Source: Longimicrobiales bacterium (lineage in GTDB: Bacteria; Gemmatimonadota; Gemmatimonadetes; Longimicrobiales; Gaopeijiaceae). From it: DNA of 64,000 bases. A program made the translations under genes and the position numbers. The stretch spans positions 1,088,001 to 1,152,000 of the forward strand of contig CBDBCF010000001.1 of the NCBI GenBank assembly GCA_965202985.1, in the 5' to 3' direction. Position 1 is the first letter of the stretch. The number at the start of each line of letters is the position of its first letter. The notes beneath the pieces are model-generated. The model saw nothing but the letters and a program-made list of their open reading frames with translations, made no database searches and had not been told where the DNA came from. Shown here in pieces: positions 49,633 through 58,176 of the stretch.

Positions 49633-51060
49633 ATGAACCCCAGTTACCTTCCCGACACCCCCGTTCACGAGCGCATCCACGGCAACCAGATCGACGTTGT
49701 CCCGCGTGGCGTCGCCGTCGCCCCCGGCCGCGCGGCCTCCACGGTCCGCCTCGCTGCGCTCTTTGCAGCAGCTGCGGCGCTCGCGCTGGCGGCATCGGCG
49801 TGCGGCGCTCCGGGCGGGGAGACCACCGGCGACGGCGCGGCCGGAAGCATGGACGGCCCGGACGTCATGCTGTCGCCGGTCACGGAAGAGGTCTACACGG
49901 TGGGCGCCTTGGACGGAGAGGATTGGGAGACGTTCGGCAGGGTAGAGTCCGTCGCCTTCGATTCCAAGGGCAACCTTCACGTCTTGGACGAAGGCGCCAA
50001 ACGCGTGGTGGTTCTGGACCGGGAGGGCGCGCTGCTCCGCACCGTGGGCAAGGCGGGCGGCGGGCCGGGCGAACTTCAGTCGCCCATCGTGCTCGTGATT
50101 CTGTCCGACGACCGGCTGGCCGTCTTCGACTTCGGCATGCCCGGCGCGTTCGACGTCTTCGGCCCGGACGGCCTCTTCGTCGAGAGCGTGACGATCGACA
50201 TGACAAGCGGAATGTTCCCGTCTTCAAGGCTATTGCCGTTGCCCGACGACCGATTGCTCGCGGTCGAGAGCATGCGTCTTCAAATCGCCGGCTCGGGGGC
50301 GCCGAGCGGCGACGCGGACGACCAGAGCGAAGTCCCCGAAGACCGGAGGCCGGTCGATGTCTTCTTCCTGGACGGCACGCCGCCCCAGACCGTCTATCAC
50401 GCTTGGGACCTGCCGCCCACGGAGGTGTCCGACGCCGAGACCATGCAAAGCGACGGGGGCACCACTATCGCGATGCGGATGGCGCAGTTGCAGGCCTTTG
50501 AGCCGGGGCTTCACGCGGGCGTCCTCTCCGACGGCCGCTTCGCGTTGGCCGACTCGGTGGGCCATCGCGTCAAGCTGGTGACGATGGAGGGCACGGTGGA
50601 CGCCGTCCTCGAGCGTCCCATTCAGCCCGTCCCGGTGACCCCCGCCATAGAACGGGCGGAGCGCGCGCGTCGACTGGCAGAACTGGAAGACGGCTCGCCC
50701 ACCGTTCGGATACGCGGGATCCTCGGCGCTGTGGGCGGCAGCGCGGACTTGCCCGACATGAGCGAGATGATGAAGCGCCGAATCGACGAAATGACGTTCG
50801 CCGCGGAGATTCCGGTGATCGACGACTTGGCCGTGGACCGCGAAGACCGGATATGGGTAGCCAGGACGCCCGCCGAAGGCTTCGGCCCCGGCCCCATCGA
50901 CATCGTGACCCCGGGCGGAGAGTACGTCGGAACCGTGCCGGTGGACGGGTTGCGCATTCCCGACGCGTTCGGTCCGGACGGCCTCATGGCGTATGTCGAA
51001 GCCGACGAGCTGGGCGTTCAGACCGTGCGCGTGGTGCGCTTGGTGTCGCTAGGTGGCTAG
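49633..51060 (+). CDS. 6-bladed beta-propeller lipoprotein
   Basis: Lipobox LAASA-C; AFDSKGNLHVLD, GKAGGGPGEL, VDREDRIWV, DELGVQTVRV. Alternative ATG 49588. Confidence 0.83.
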   Translation: MNPSYLPDTPVHERIHGNQIDVVPRGVAVAPGRAASTVRLAALFAAAAALALAASACGAPGGETTGDGAAGSMDGPDVMLSPVTEEVYTVGALDGEDWETFGRVESVAFDSKGNLHVLDEGAKRVVVLDREGALLRTVGKAGGGPGELQSPIVLVILSDDRLAVFDFGMPGAFDVFGPDGLFVESVTIDMTSGMFPSSRLLPLPDDRLLAVESMRLQIAGSGAPSGDADDQSEVPEDRRPVDVFFLDGTPPQTVYHAWDLPPTEVSDAETMQSDGGTTIAMRMAQLQAFEPGLHAGVLSDGRFALADSVGHRVKLVTMEGTVDAVLERPIQPVPVTPAIERAERARRLAELEDGSPTVRIRGILGAVGGSADLPDMSEMMKRRIDEMTFAAEIPVIDDLAVDREDRIWVARTPAEGFGPGPIDIVTPGGEYVGTVPVDGLRIPDAFGPDGLMAYVEADELGVQTVRVVRLVSLGG

Positions 51061-51065
51061 CGCTA

Positions 51066-51083
51066 CCCCCCCCCCCCCCCCCC
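51066..51083. repeat. Homopolymer C18 (G18 on the coding strand), directly before the methyltransferase stop
   Basis: Counted from the sequence. Confidence 0.95.
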
Positions 51084-51609
51084 AGCGGGCTCCTTCGGCC
51101 GACAGACGAAGAGCGCCTCGGTGGTCGCCAATTCGATCGGCTCCAGCCCTGCGAAAGGTTCGGCTACCCGCAGCTGTCCCGACTTGATCAGTTCCAGCGA
51201 ACACGGACAGACTGCGGTCTCGAGGCCGAGAACGTCGAAACCGCATTCCGCGATGATGCGTCGGTACGTCGGCAATCGCATGCGGTTCACGTAGTTGAAC
51301 TCATTGCCGGTCAAACAGCTCCAGGTCGCTTCATCAAACTGCAAGAAGTTGACGGCGGAGATCCTCTTGTCCGACTTCGCGAAATGGTCCCCGAGGTCGA
51401 TCAGGTGCACGCAGATGCCGCTCGGTTTGAGCAAGCGGGCGGACGTTCCCAGCAGACCTCGGAGCGTTGCCTCCGACAAGTGCTCGAGCACATGGTTGGA
51501 ACAGTGGACATCGAACGTTCGCTCGAGGAGCCCGGGATCGACTGCGTCGGTTCGCTCGATGTACGAGATGTTGCAAAGAGCCAACACGTGCTCTACCAAA
51601 TTGCCTTTG

Positions 51610-51625
51610 CCCCCCCCCCCCCCCC
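51610..51625. repeat. Homopolymer C16 (G16 on the coding strand) causing the frameshift
   Basis: Counted from the sequence. Confidence 0.95.
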
Positions 51626-52224
51626 AGGAGCGCGTCGAGGCGCTGGGCGGATTCCGCGGATCCGTCCGTCACGGAAGTTGCCAGGGCTTCGGCCAGCCAA
51701 CTCCTATGCAGGCGGTAATAGTCGAGGTGCTGGCGCAGTCGTTCGGGAACGATATTGCGATGCAGATCGACGCAGACAACCCGGTCGGCCCCGAGCAGCC
51801 ACAGGACGATAGGGACATCCATGCGCTGTCCCGTTCCGACTTCCAGCACCGTCGCGCCCTGCAGGCGCCCGTAGGCCTGGATCGTGCGGGCCAGTCTGAT
51901 TCCGAATTCGATGTGCGGTCTGGGCGGGAGCGGCTGGACGGCGCGATACAGACGATGCAGCGTGCGGTAAGCGCTCCGCCCCAGCGGCCTCGGCAACGCG
52001 CAGATCGCACGCTGCAACTTCGCTTTGCTAGTCCACTTCATACCGGTCGGCGATCAAGTGATCTTCTCTTAGGGAGGCGGTCATCATTGAAAAATGAACA
52101 CGAGCCGCACAGATTTCAATGCTTCGTGATGCGATCCGGGCTGGCGCGGGTTGCCGAGGCGGTCCAAGCGGTCCACTATGTGCGTCCACCTTGGTTTCCC
52201 TCCCAACACGAAGCCGGAGCCGAC

Positions 52225-54771
52225 ATGAAGATGGTCCGTCGCCCCTGCGCCTCCCCGCGCCAGCCAGCCCCTCGTTCCGTTCCGGCCCGAACCGTCCCCG
52301 CGCGCCGGGCCTTCGCCTCTTCCCTTCGGTTGGTCGTTCTACCAGGCGCGACGGGCGCCCGGTCGGCTTTCGCAGTGGCGGCGGCCCCGCTGGCCGTCGC
52401 AGGCGCCTTCGGAGCCCCCGCCCTTGCCCAGGGCCAGACCGGATACCGCGAGCCGCCGCCCGACGTGGTGGAGATCCTGGACGCGCCGCCGCCGCCGCTC
52501 GTGGTCGCGAGCCCGGACCGCCGGTGGCTGGCGCTCTCCCATCGGAAGACGATGCCCAGCATCGAGGAGCAGTCGCAGCCGATGCTGCGGTTGGCCGGAC
52601 GGCGGATCAACCCGGTCACGAACGGGCGGTTCGGCCCGGCCATGATCACGGGGATCGCCCTGCTCCAGGTGGACGGCAGCCAAGACGAGCGCGCGCTCGA
52701 TCTTCCCGAGGGCGGCGGCTGGTCCGCACCCGACTTCTCGCCCGACGGCGACATGATCGCCTTCGAGCGCGCCACGGCCGAAGGGATGGAGCTTTGGGCC
52801 GCCGACGTGGCGAGCGCGGAGGCGCGGAGGCTGGTGGGGCCGCGACTGAACGGCGTCCGGGGGCGTGCGTGCGAGTGGATGCCCAGGGGCGGCGAACTCC
52901 TTTGCCGACTCGTGCCCCAGGACAGGGGGCCGGCGCCGGAGATGCCGAGCACGCCCACGGGTCCCGTCGTGCAGGAGTCGGAGGGCCGCAGTTCGCCGGT
53001 GCGGACCTACCAGGACCTTCTCAAGTCCCCGCACGACGTGGCCCTGTACGAGCACTACGCCACGGCCCGCATCGCCATTGTGGACGCGGCGTCGGGCGAC
53101 GCGCGGCCCGTGAGCGCCCCCGGCGTCTTCGCGTCGGTGGAGGCATCTCCCAGCGGGAACCTGATCCTGGTGGAGCGCCTGGAGAAGCCGTTCTCGTATC
53201 TGGTGCCCGACCGCCTCTTCGCGCGGAGCGTCGAGGTGTGGGACCGGGAAGGGCGCGTGGTGCGCCAAGTGCACAAGATCGGCCTGGGCGAAGGCATACC
53301 GATCGGGGGCGTGTACGACGGTCCGCGCGGGCATCATTGGATGGACGGCGAAGACGACGTGCTGGCGTACACGGAGGCGCTGGACGGCGGCAACCCGCGC
53401 GCGCAAGTGGAGGCGCGGGACCGGTTCATGGCGTTGCGGGCGCCGTTCGACGGCCCGGCGGAGGAGCTGGTGCGCACCGAGTTCCGCTTCATGGGAATGA
53501 CCCGGGGCGCCGACGAGCTGGCGTTCGCGACCGAGTACGACCGCCCGAGCCGCACGTTGCGCACGTGGAAGGTCGACACAGGCCAGCGGCCATTCGCAAC
53601 CGAACTGCTTTGGGAGCGCAACGCCGAGGACCGCTACGGCGACCCGGGAGCGCCCGTCATGACGCCCAAGGGCGACCGCATGGTGCAGCGGGGCGACTGG
53701 ATCTATCTGCGCGGCGCGGGAGCGTCCGACGAGGGCGACCGGCCGTTCCTGGACCGCATGAACGTGGAGACGGGCGAAACCGAGCGGCTGTTCCAGTCGG
53801 GGGCCGAGTCGTACGAGACCGTGGTGGCCCTGCTGGACGACCAAGGGCGACGGGTCCTGACCCGCCACGAATCCAAGACCGAACCGCCCAACTACTTCGT
53901 CCGGGACCTGGAGAGCGAGGAGCGACAGGCCGTCACGCGGTTCCCCGACCCCGCGCCGCAACTGGCCGGGATCGGCCGCGAGTTCGTGGTCTACGAGCGC
54001 GAGGACGGCGTGCAGCTGTCGGGCACGCTGTACCTGCCCGCCGGCTACGACGGAGAGCGCTTGCCGACCGTGGTCTGGGCCTACCCCAGGGAGTACGCCA
54101 ACGCCCGGACGGCCGGACAGGTCCGCGGATCGCCGAACCGGTTCGCCCGAATCGGCGGCGCGTCGCACATGTTCTTCCTGACGCAGGGGTATGCGGTGTT
54201 CGACGGCCCCACCATGCCGATCATCGGGGGCGACGTGGCCAACGACACCTACGTGGAGCAGCTGGTGTCGTCCGCGAAGGCCGCGGTGGAGCTGGTGGTG
54301 TCGATGGGCGTGGCCGATCCGGAGCGGATCGGGATCGGGGGGCACTCGTACGGAGCCTTCATGACGGCCAACCTGTTGGCGCACTCCGATCTGTTCCAGG
54401 CGGGGATCGCCCGCAGCGGCGCCTACAATCGGACGTTGACGCCGTTCGGCTTCCAGTCGGAGCGGCGGACGTTCTGGGAAGCGCCGGACCTCTACTTCGC
54501 CATGTCGCCGTTCATGCACGCGGACGATGTCGACGAGCCGATGCTCATGATCCACGGCGCCGCCGACAACAACTCGGGCACGTTCCCCGTGCAGTCGGAG
54601 CGGATGTACCACGCCGTGAAGGGGCTGGGCGGGAAGGCGCGCTTGGTCATGCTGCCCGCCGAGAGCCACGGCTATCGGGCGCGCGAGTCGGTCCTGCACG
54701 CCCTGGCCGAGATGATCGAGTGGTTCGACCGCTACGTGAAGAAGGAGGGAGAGCGCCGGGCGGCGTCGTGA
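52225..54771 (+). CDS. S9 (prolyl oligopeptidase family) exported peptidase, glutamyl endopeptidase-like
   Basis: WAYPREY, GGHSYGAFMTANLL, AYNRTLTPFGFQ, HGAADNNSGT, ESHGY. Start estimated. Confidence 0.93.
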   Translation: MKMVRRPCASPRQPAPRSVPARTVPARRAFASSLRLVVLPGATGARSAFAVAAAPLAVAGAFGAPALAQGQTGYREPPPDVVEILDAPPPPLVVASPDRRWLALSHRKTMPSIEEQSQPMLRLAGRRINPVTNGRFGPAMITGIALLQVDGSQDERALDLPEGGGWSAPDFSPDGDMIAFERATAEGMELWAADVASAEARRLVGPRLNGVRGRACEWMPRGGELLCRLVPQDRGPAPEMPSTPTGPVVQESEGRSSPVRTYQDLLKSPHDVALYEHYATARIAIVDAASGDARPVSAPGVFASVEASPSGNLILVERLEKPFSYLVPDRLFARSVEVWDREGRVVRQVHKIGLGEGIPIGGVYDGPRGHHWMDGEDDVLAYTEALDGGNPRAQVEARDRFMALRAPFDGPAEELVRTEFRFMGMTRGADELAFATEYDRPSRTLRTWKVDTGQRPFATELLWERNAEDRYGDPGAPVMTPKGDRMVQRGDWIYLRGAGASDEGDRPFLDRMNVETGETERLFQSGAESYETVVALLDDQGRRVLTRHESKTEPPNYFVRDLESEERQAVTRFPDPAPQLAGIGREFVVYEREDGVQLSGTLYLPAGYDGERLPTVVWAYPREYANARTAGQVRGSPNRFARIGGASHMFFLTQGYAVFDGPTMPIIGGDVANDTYVEQLVSSAKAAVELVVSMGVADPERIGIGGHSYGAFMTANLLAHSDLFQAGIARSGAYNRTLTPFGFQSERRTFWEAPDLYFAMSPFMHADDVDEPMLMIHGAADNNSGTFPVQSERMYHAVKGLGGKARLVMLPAESHGYRARESVLHALAEMIEWFDRYVKKEGERRAAS

Positions 54772-54777
54772 GCGGCG

Positions 54778-55722
54778 TCAGCGGTTCGTCTGCCGGACCA
54801 CCACGGAGCCGCTGAACGACTCGATCTCCACCATCGCGCCGCCGTCGCCGATCGTGTACTGCGAACGCGAGCGGCCGCGCCCCAGGCGCCGGGAGCGCTC
54901 TCGCGCGTCTGCGTCTTCCACGGCGCCGGCGTGGTCCATGCGCACGCTTCCGCTCAGCGTGTAGACCTCCAGGTCCGCGGCCGCGGCGGCGGGCAGCTCC
55001 AACAGGATGCGCCCCGCGTGCGTGGCGAAGTAGTACTCGCCGTCCTCTTGGAGTTCGCCCTGGAAGCGAATGCTGCCCCCGACCGCGGTGGCGTCCACGG
55101 CGGCGGCGGCGATCCCCTCCAGCACGACCGATCCGCCCACGGTCTCGGCGGCCACGGAGCCCCGGACGTTCGAGAAGCGGATCGTGCCCGACATGGCTTC
55201 GGCGCGGATGTCGCCCTCCGACTCGGAGATGCGGATCGTGCCCGACATGGCTTCGGCGGTCACTTCGCCCTGGGCGCCTTGGATGCTCAGGTTGCCGTTC
55301 ACCGCGGTCGCCGTCACTCGGCCGCGCCCCCCGCGGATCTCCACGCTGCCCGTGAAGGTCTCGACCTCGACCCGTCCCAGGGTTCCCTCGACGACGATCG
55401 AGGTCTGCCACCCCTCCACCGACACGTCGAAGCGCTCCGGCACCCAGATGCGGTAGTCCACGATGGCGGCCCTGGCGAACGTGCTGACGTCGGCGTCCAC
55501 GTAGACCGTCCCTCCTCGGCGTCGCACCTCCACGCGATTGCGGCGGGCGTGGGCCGCCTGAACGCGGATCTGGTCGCGGTCCCATGCTTCCACCACCACC
55601 TCCCCTCCCGCGCTCTCCACGTCCAGGCGGTCCGCGCCGCTGGCGGCAAACGTCGTGTCGGTGTCCTGGGCGCCGCTGGTTGCGAGCACCGTCGCTGCCG
55701 TCGCAAAAAGTTCCAAGAACAC
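54778..55722 (-). CDS. DUF4097 family beta-strand repeat protein
   Basis: Signal peptide and repeated x(T/M)(V/S)(S/N/G)G-x-I motifs; identical 28-bp repeat at 55177-55204 and 55231-55258 (18-aa period). Confidence 0.85.
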   Translation of the reverse strand: MFLELFATAATVLATSGAQDTDTTFAASGADRLDVESAGGEVVVEAWDRDQIRVQAAHARRNRVEVRRRGGTVYVDADVSTFARAAIVDYRIWVPERFDVSVEGWQTSIVVEGTLGRVEVETFTGSVEIRGGRGRVTATAVNGNLSIQGAQGEVTAEAMSGTIRISESEGDIRAEAMSGTIRFSNVRGSVAAETVGGSVVLEGIAAAAVDATAVGGSIRFQGELQEDGEYYFATHAGRILLELPAAAAADLEVYTLSGSVRMDHAGAVEDADARERSRRLGRGRSRSQYTIGDGGAMVEIESFSGSVVVRQTNR

Positions 55723-55750
55723 GGATCGCCCCTCCTCTTTCAGTTCAGGC

Positions 55751-56437
55751 TCACGCCGCGAACTGGACGGCGATCGCCGCGCTTCGCAGCAGCTCCAGCC
55801 GGCGTCTCATGTTGGTCATGAGGATCCGCGCCAGTTCCTCGCTGCCCGGGTCTGCCGCCAAAGCGCCTCGGGCTTCGGCGATGGCCCGGTCCACGGTCTC
55901 CATCGCCCGTCGCAACGCCGACAGCGTCTCGGGCGACAGAACTTGCGCACCCTCTTCCAGGATTTCGGCCAGCGCGCCGGTGGACGCCTCGTACTCCGCC
56001 AAGAGAGCTTGGGCGCCGGGGTGGTCCTCGAACACCGCGTCGGCGTGGAAGGTCGCTGCGAATTCGGAGTACGGCGCGGCCCCGGAGGACGCCCCCTCGC
56101 GCAAGGCCAGCCAGGTAGCCGTGGCCGACAGAGCGATCAGGGCGACGGCCGCGGCGGCCAGCCTTGGCACGCGGACATGCGCGACCCGCCCTGCGCGAAC
56201 CGGCGCCAGACGCGCGCGCGCCGCAATGGCCGGCCAAGTCTCCTGGGGCGGGCGAGCTTCGGAGGGAAGCGTCCCCAGCGCCTTCACCGTCCGGGCCAGC
56301 GCGTCGTGCTCCCGGCGCAGCGGGAGTTCGGTGCGCAGTCGCTCCTCCAGTGCGGCCCGGTCCGGTTCGGACAGCTCGCCGTCCACATAGTCGTGCAACA
56401 GCCTCCGGTCGCGCTCGCTCACGGTCGTCCGCGTCAC
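55751..56437 (-). CDS. Membrane-bound anti-sigma factor
   Basis: LHDYVDGELS N-terminus, single TM, coupled to the ECF sigma gene. Confidence 0.82.
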   Translation of the reverse strand: MTRTTVSERDRRLLHDYVDGELSEPDRAALEERLRTELPLRREHDALARTVKALGTLPSEARPPQETWPAIAARARLAPVRAGRVAHVRVPRLAAAAVALIALSATATWLALREGASSGAAPYSEFAATFHADAVFEDHPGAQALLAEYEASTGALAEILEEGAQVLSPETLSALRRAMETVDRAIAEARGALAADPGSEELARILMTNMRRRLELLRSAAIAVQFAA

Positions 56438-56955
56438 CGTTCCATGGCCTCCCTGACCAGTCTGCGGGCGCGGTGCACCTGCGCCTTCACGGTCCCCACC
56501 GCAACCCCCTTCATCTTCGCCACGTCCGAGTACCGGTAGCCCTCCACGTCCTTGAGCACCAGCACCTCGCGGGCGCCGTCGGGCAGACCGGCGATCGCGC
56601 GTTCCAGGTCAAGCCTCGTGTCGGGCATGACCTCTCGGGCGTGATGTCCGTACGCCTCCAAGTCGTCCACGGCATGTTCTCTCTGGGCGATCTTGGCCCG
56701 TTTCTTCTGCGTCTCAATGACCAGGTTCACCGCCAAACGGTGAAGCCAAGTCGTGAACAAGCTGTCTCCACGGAAGGACGACAGCTTCTCCCAACACCGG
56801 ACGAACACGTCCTGCGTCAGCTCGGCAGCCTCATCGGCGTCGCCCGACATGCGCAGGCAGAGCGCGTAGATTCTGCCCGACGTTCTGCGGTACAACTCCT
56901 CGAAGGCGGCCTCGTCGCCCCGCTGGGCCCGCCCGGCCAACACGTTGATGTCCAG
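56434..56955 (-). CDS. ECF RNA polymerase sigma factor
   Basis: GDEAAFEELY, AAELTQDVFV, FTTWLHRLAVN, LPDGAREVLVL, GTVKAQVHRAR. Start uncertain (CTG 56955 or GTG 56943). Confidence 0.93.
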   Translation of the reverse strand: MDINVLAGRAQRGDEAAFEELYRRTSGRIYALCLRMSGDADEAAELTQDVFVRCWEKLSSFRGDSLFTTWLHRLAVNLVIETQKKRAKIAQREHAVDDLEAYGHHAREVMPDTRLDLERAIAGLPDGAREVLVLKDVEGYRYSDVAKMKGVAVGTVKAQVHRARRLVREAMER

Positions 56956-56986
56956 CGCGCCCCCTTCTCGTGAAGCTTCGGAAGAT

Positions 56987-57014
56987 TGGACGAAGGGGGG
57001 CGGCGAAAGGTTTG
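56987..57014 (-). promoter_or_regulatory. Putative ECF-type autoregulatory promoter
   Basis: CAAACC-N16-CGTCCA just upstream of the ECF sigma gene. Confidence 0.55.
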
Positions 57015-57022
57015 AAGCGCCG

Positions 57023-57997
57023 TCACTCGACCAGCGCCGGATAGCCGCCGGTGTGGAGGAAGACCACATGGCCGGCCTCGTCCAGCTTGCCGTCCCGAAG
57101 CCAGGCGATCAGCGCGGCCGCCGCCTTGGCCGTGTAGACGGGGTCGAGCACGAAGCCGGCGCGGCTGGCGAACAGGGCGGCGGCCTCTTCCGCCTGGGCC
57201 GTGGGGCGCCCGTATCCGGGACCGACGAAGGCGGCGGTGGCATGGACGGCCGCGGCTGCTTCGCGGGTGCGCGCCAAGAGCTTCGGCAGCTCCGGGGCGT
57301 CGCCGGCCAACAGCCTTGCCGCCGCCAGCGCCAGCGTCGATGCGGACGACTTGATCTGGGTGGCGGGGTCGTCGGCGCTCGCGGCCACCAGACGGGGACG
57401 CCAGCCCAGGATGGCGCACCCCAAGATCAATCCGGCCATGGTGCCGCCCGAGGACGACGCGCAGAAGACCCAGACGCCGTCCGCGCCGTCCAGCTGGCGG
57501 TGGAGTTCGGTCAGCCCGTTCACGTAGCCGAGCGCGCCCCGGGGCGTGGAAGCGCCCACCGGCACCACTAGCGCCTTGCCCCCTTCCGCCTGGGTTCGCC
57601 GGGCCTCTTCGGCCATGGCGTCGTCCCGCTCCGACCGGTCTTCAACCGTCACGATCCGCGCGCCCAAGAGCCGGTGAAGTCGCGCGTTGCCCCTGCGTTC
57701 GTCGGCGGGCGTGCCGTTGACGACCAGCGTGCACTGCAGTCCCAGCTTCGCCGCCGCGGCGGCCGTCACCCGGCAGTGATTGGATTGCGGTCCGCCTGCG
57801 GTCACAAGGCGGGTAACGCCCGTCAGGCGCTCCGGCGCCAGCTCGTACTCCAGCTTGCGGACCTTGTTGCCCCCGAGCCCGAAGCCCGTCCATGCGTCGG
57901 CCTTGACCGACAGGGGTACGGAAGTCCCCAGCGCGCGCGCCAAGTGCGGCGTCGGCGCCAGCGGGGTCGGCGTCAACGCCAGCGGAGTGCGTCCCAT
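57023..57997 (-). CDS. D-cysteine desulfhydrase / ACC deaminase family PLP enzyme
   Basis: GGNKVRKLEY, GGPQSNHCR, SSSGGTMAG, LDPVYTAKA, FLHTGG. Confidence 0.92.
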   Translation of the reverse strand: MGRTPLALTPTPLAPTPHLARALGTSVPLSVKADAWTGFGLGGNKVRKLEYELAPERLTGVTRLVTAGGPQSNHCRVTAAAAAKLGLQCTLVVNGTPADERRGNARLHRLLGARIVTVEDRSERDDAMAEEARRTQAEGGKALVVPVGASTPRGALGYVNGLTELHRQLDGADGVWVFCASSSGGTMAGLILGCAILGWRPRLVAASADDPATQIKSSASTLALAAARLLAGDAPELPKLLARTREAAAAVHATAAFVGPGYGRPTAQAEEAAALFASRAGFVLDPVYTAKAAAALIAWLRDGKLDEAGHVVFLHTGGYPALVE

Positions 57998-58070
57998 GTC
58001 GTCCAGCCGCGCAAGTGCGCCGGGGACGGGGGAGAGAGTCTTGTCGACGGCGAGACCCCTTCGGCCAACG

Positions 58071-58098
58071 GTAACCCCTTCATGGAATCCAACGTACT
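58071..58098 (+). promoter_or_regulatory. Putative ECF-type promoter of the TonB receptor operon
   Basis: GTAACC-N16-CGTACT, about 80 nt upstream of ATG 58177. Confidence 0.4.
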
Positions 58099-58176
58099 AT
58101 GCGCATATTGGAAGGTCCGCGACAGACCGCCGGCCAGCCGGACGCCGCAAGCACTCCCTTCGAACCACCCGCCTTC

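Larger units (their letters stand above)
51063..52041 (-). pseudogene. Class I SAM-dependent methyltransferase interrupted at a G16 tract (phase-variable or sequencing indel)
   Basis: N part VLEVGTG...VCVD joins C part FDVHCSNHVLEHL...LLKPSG...HLIDLGDH only if the tract is 15 or 18 G. Confidence 0.85.

Noticed and set aside
51295..52224. N-terminal 310 aa of the 1158-aa ORF as part of the S9 peptidase
   Set aside because: It is antisense to the methyltransferase; the peptidase signal region begins after about 52225.
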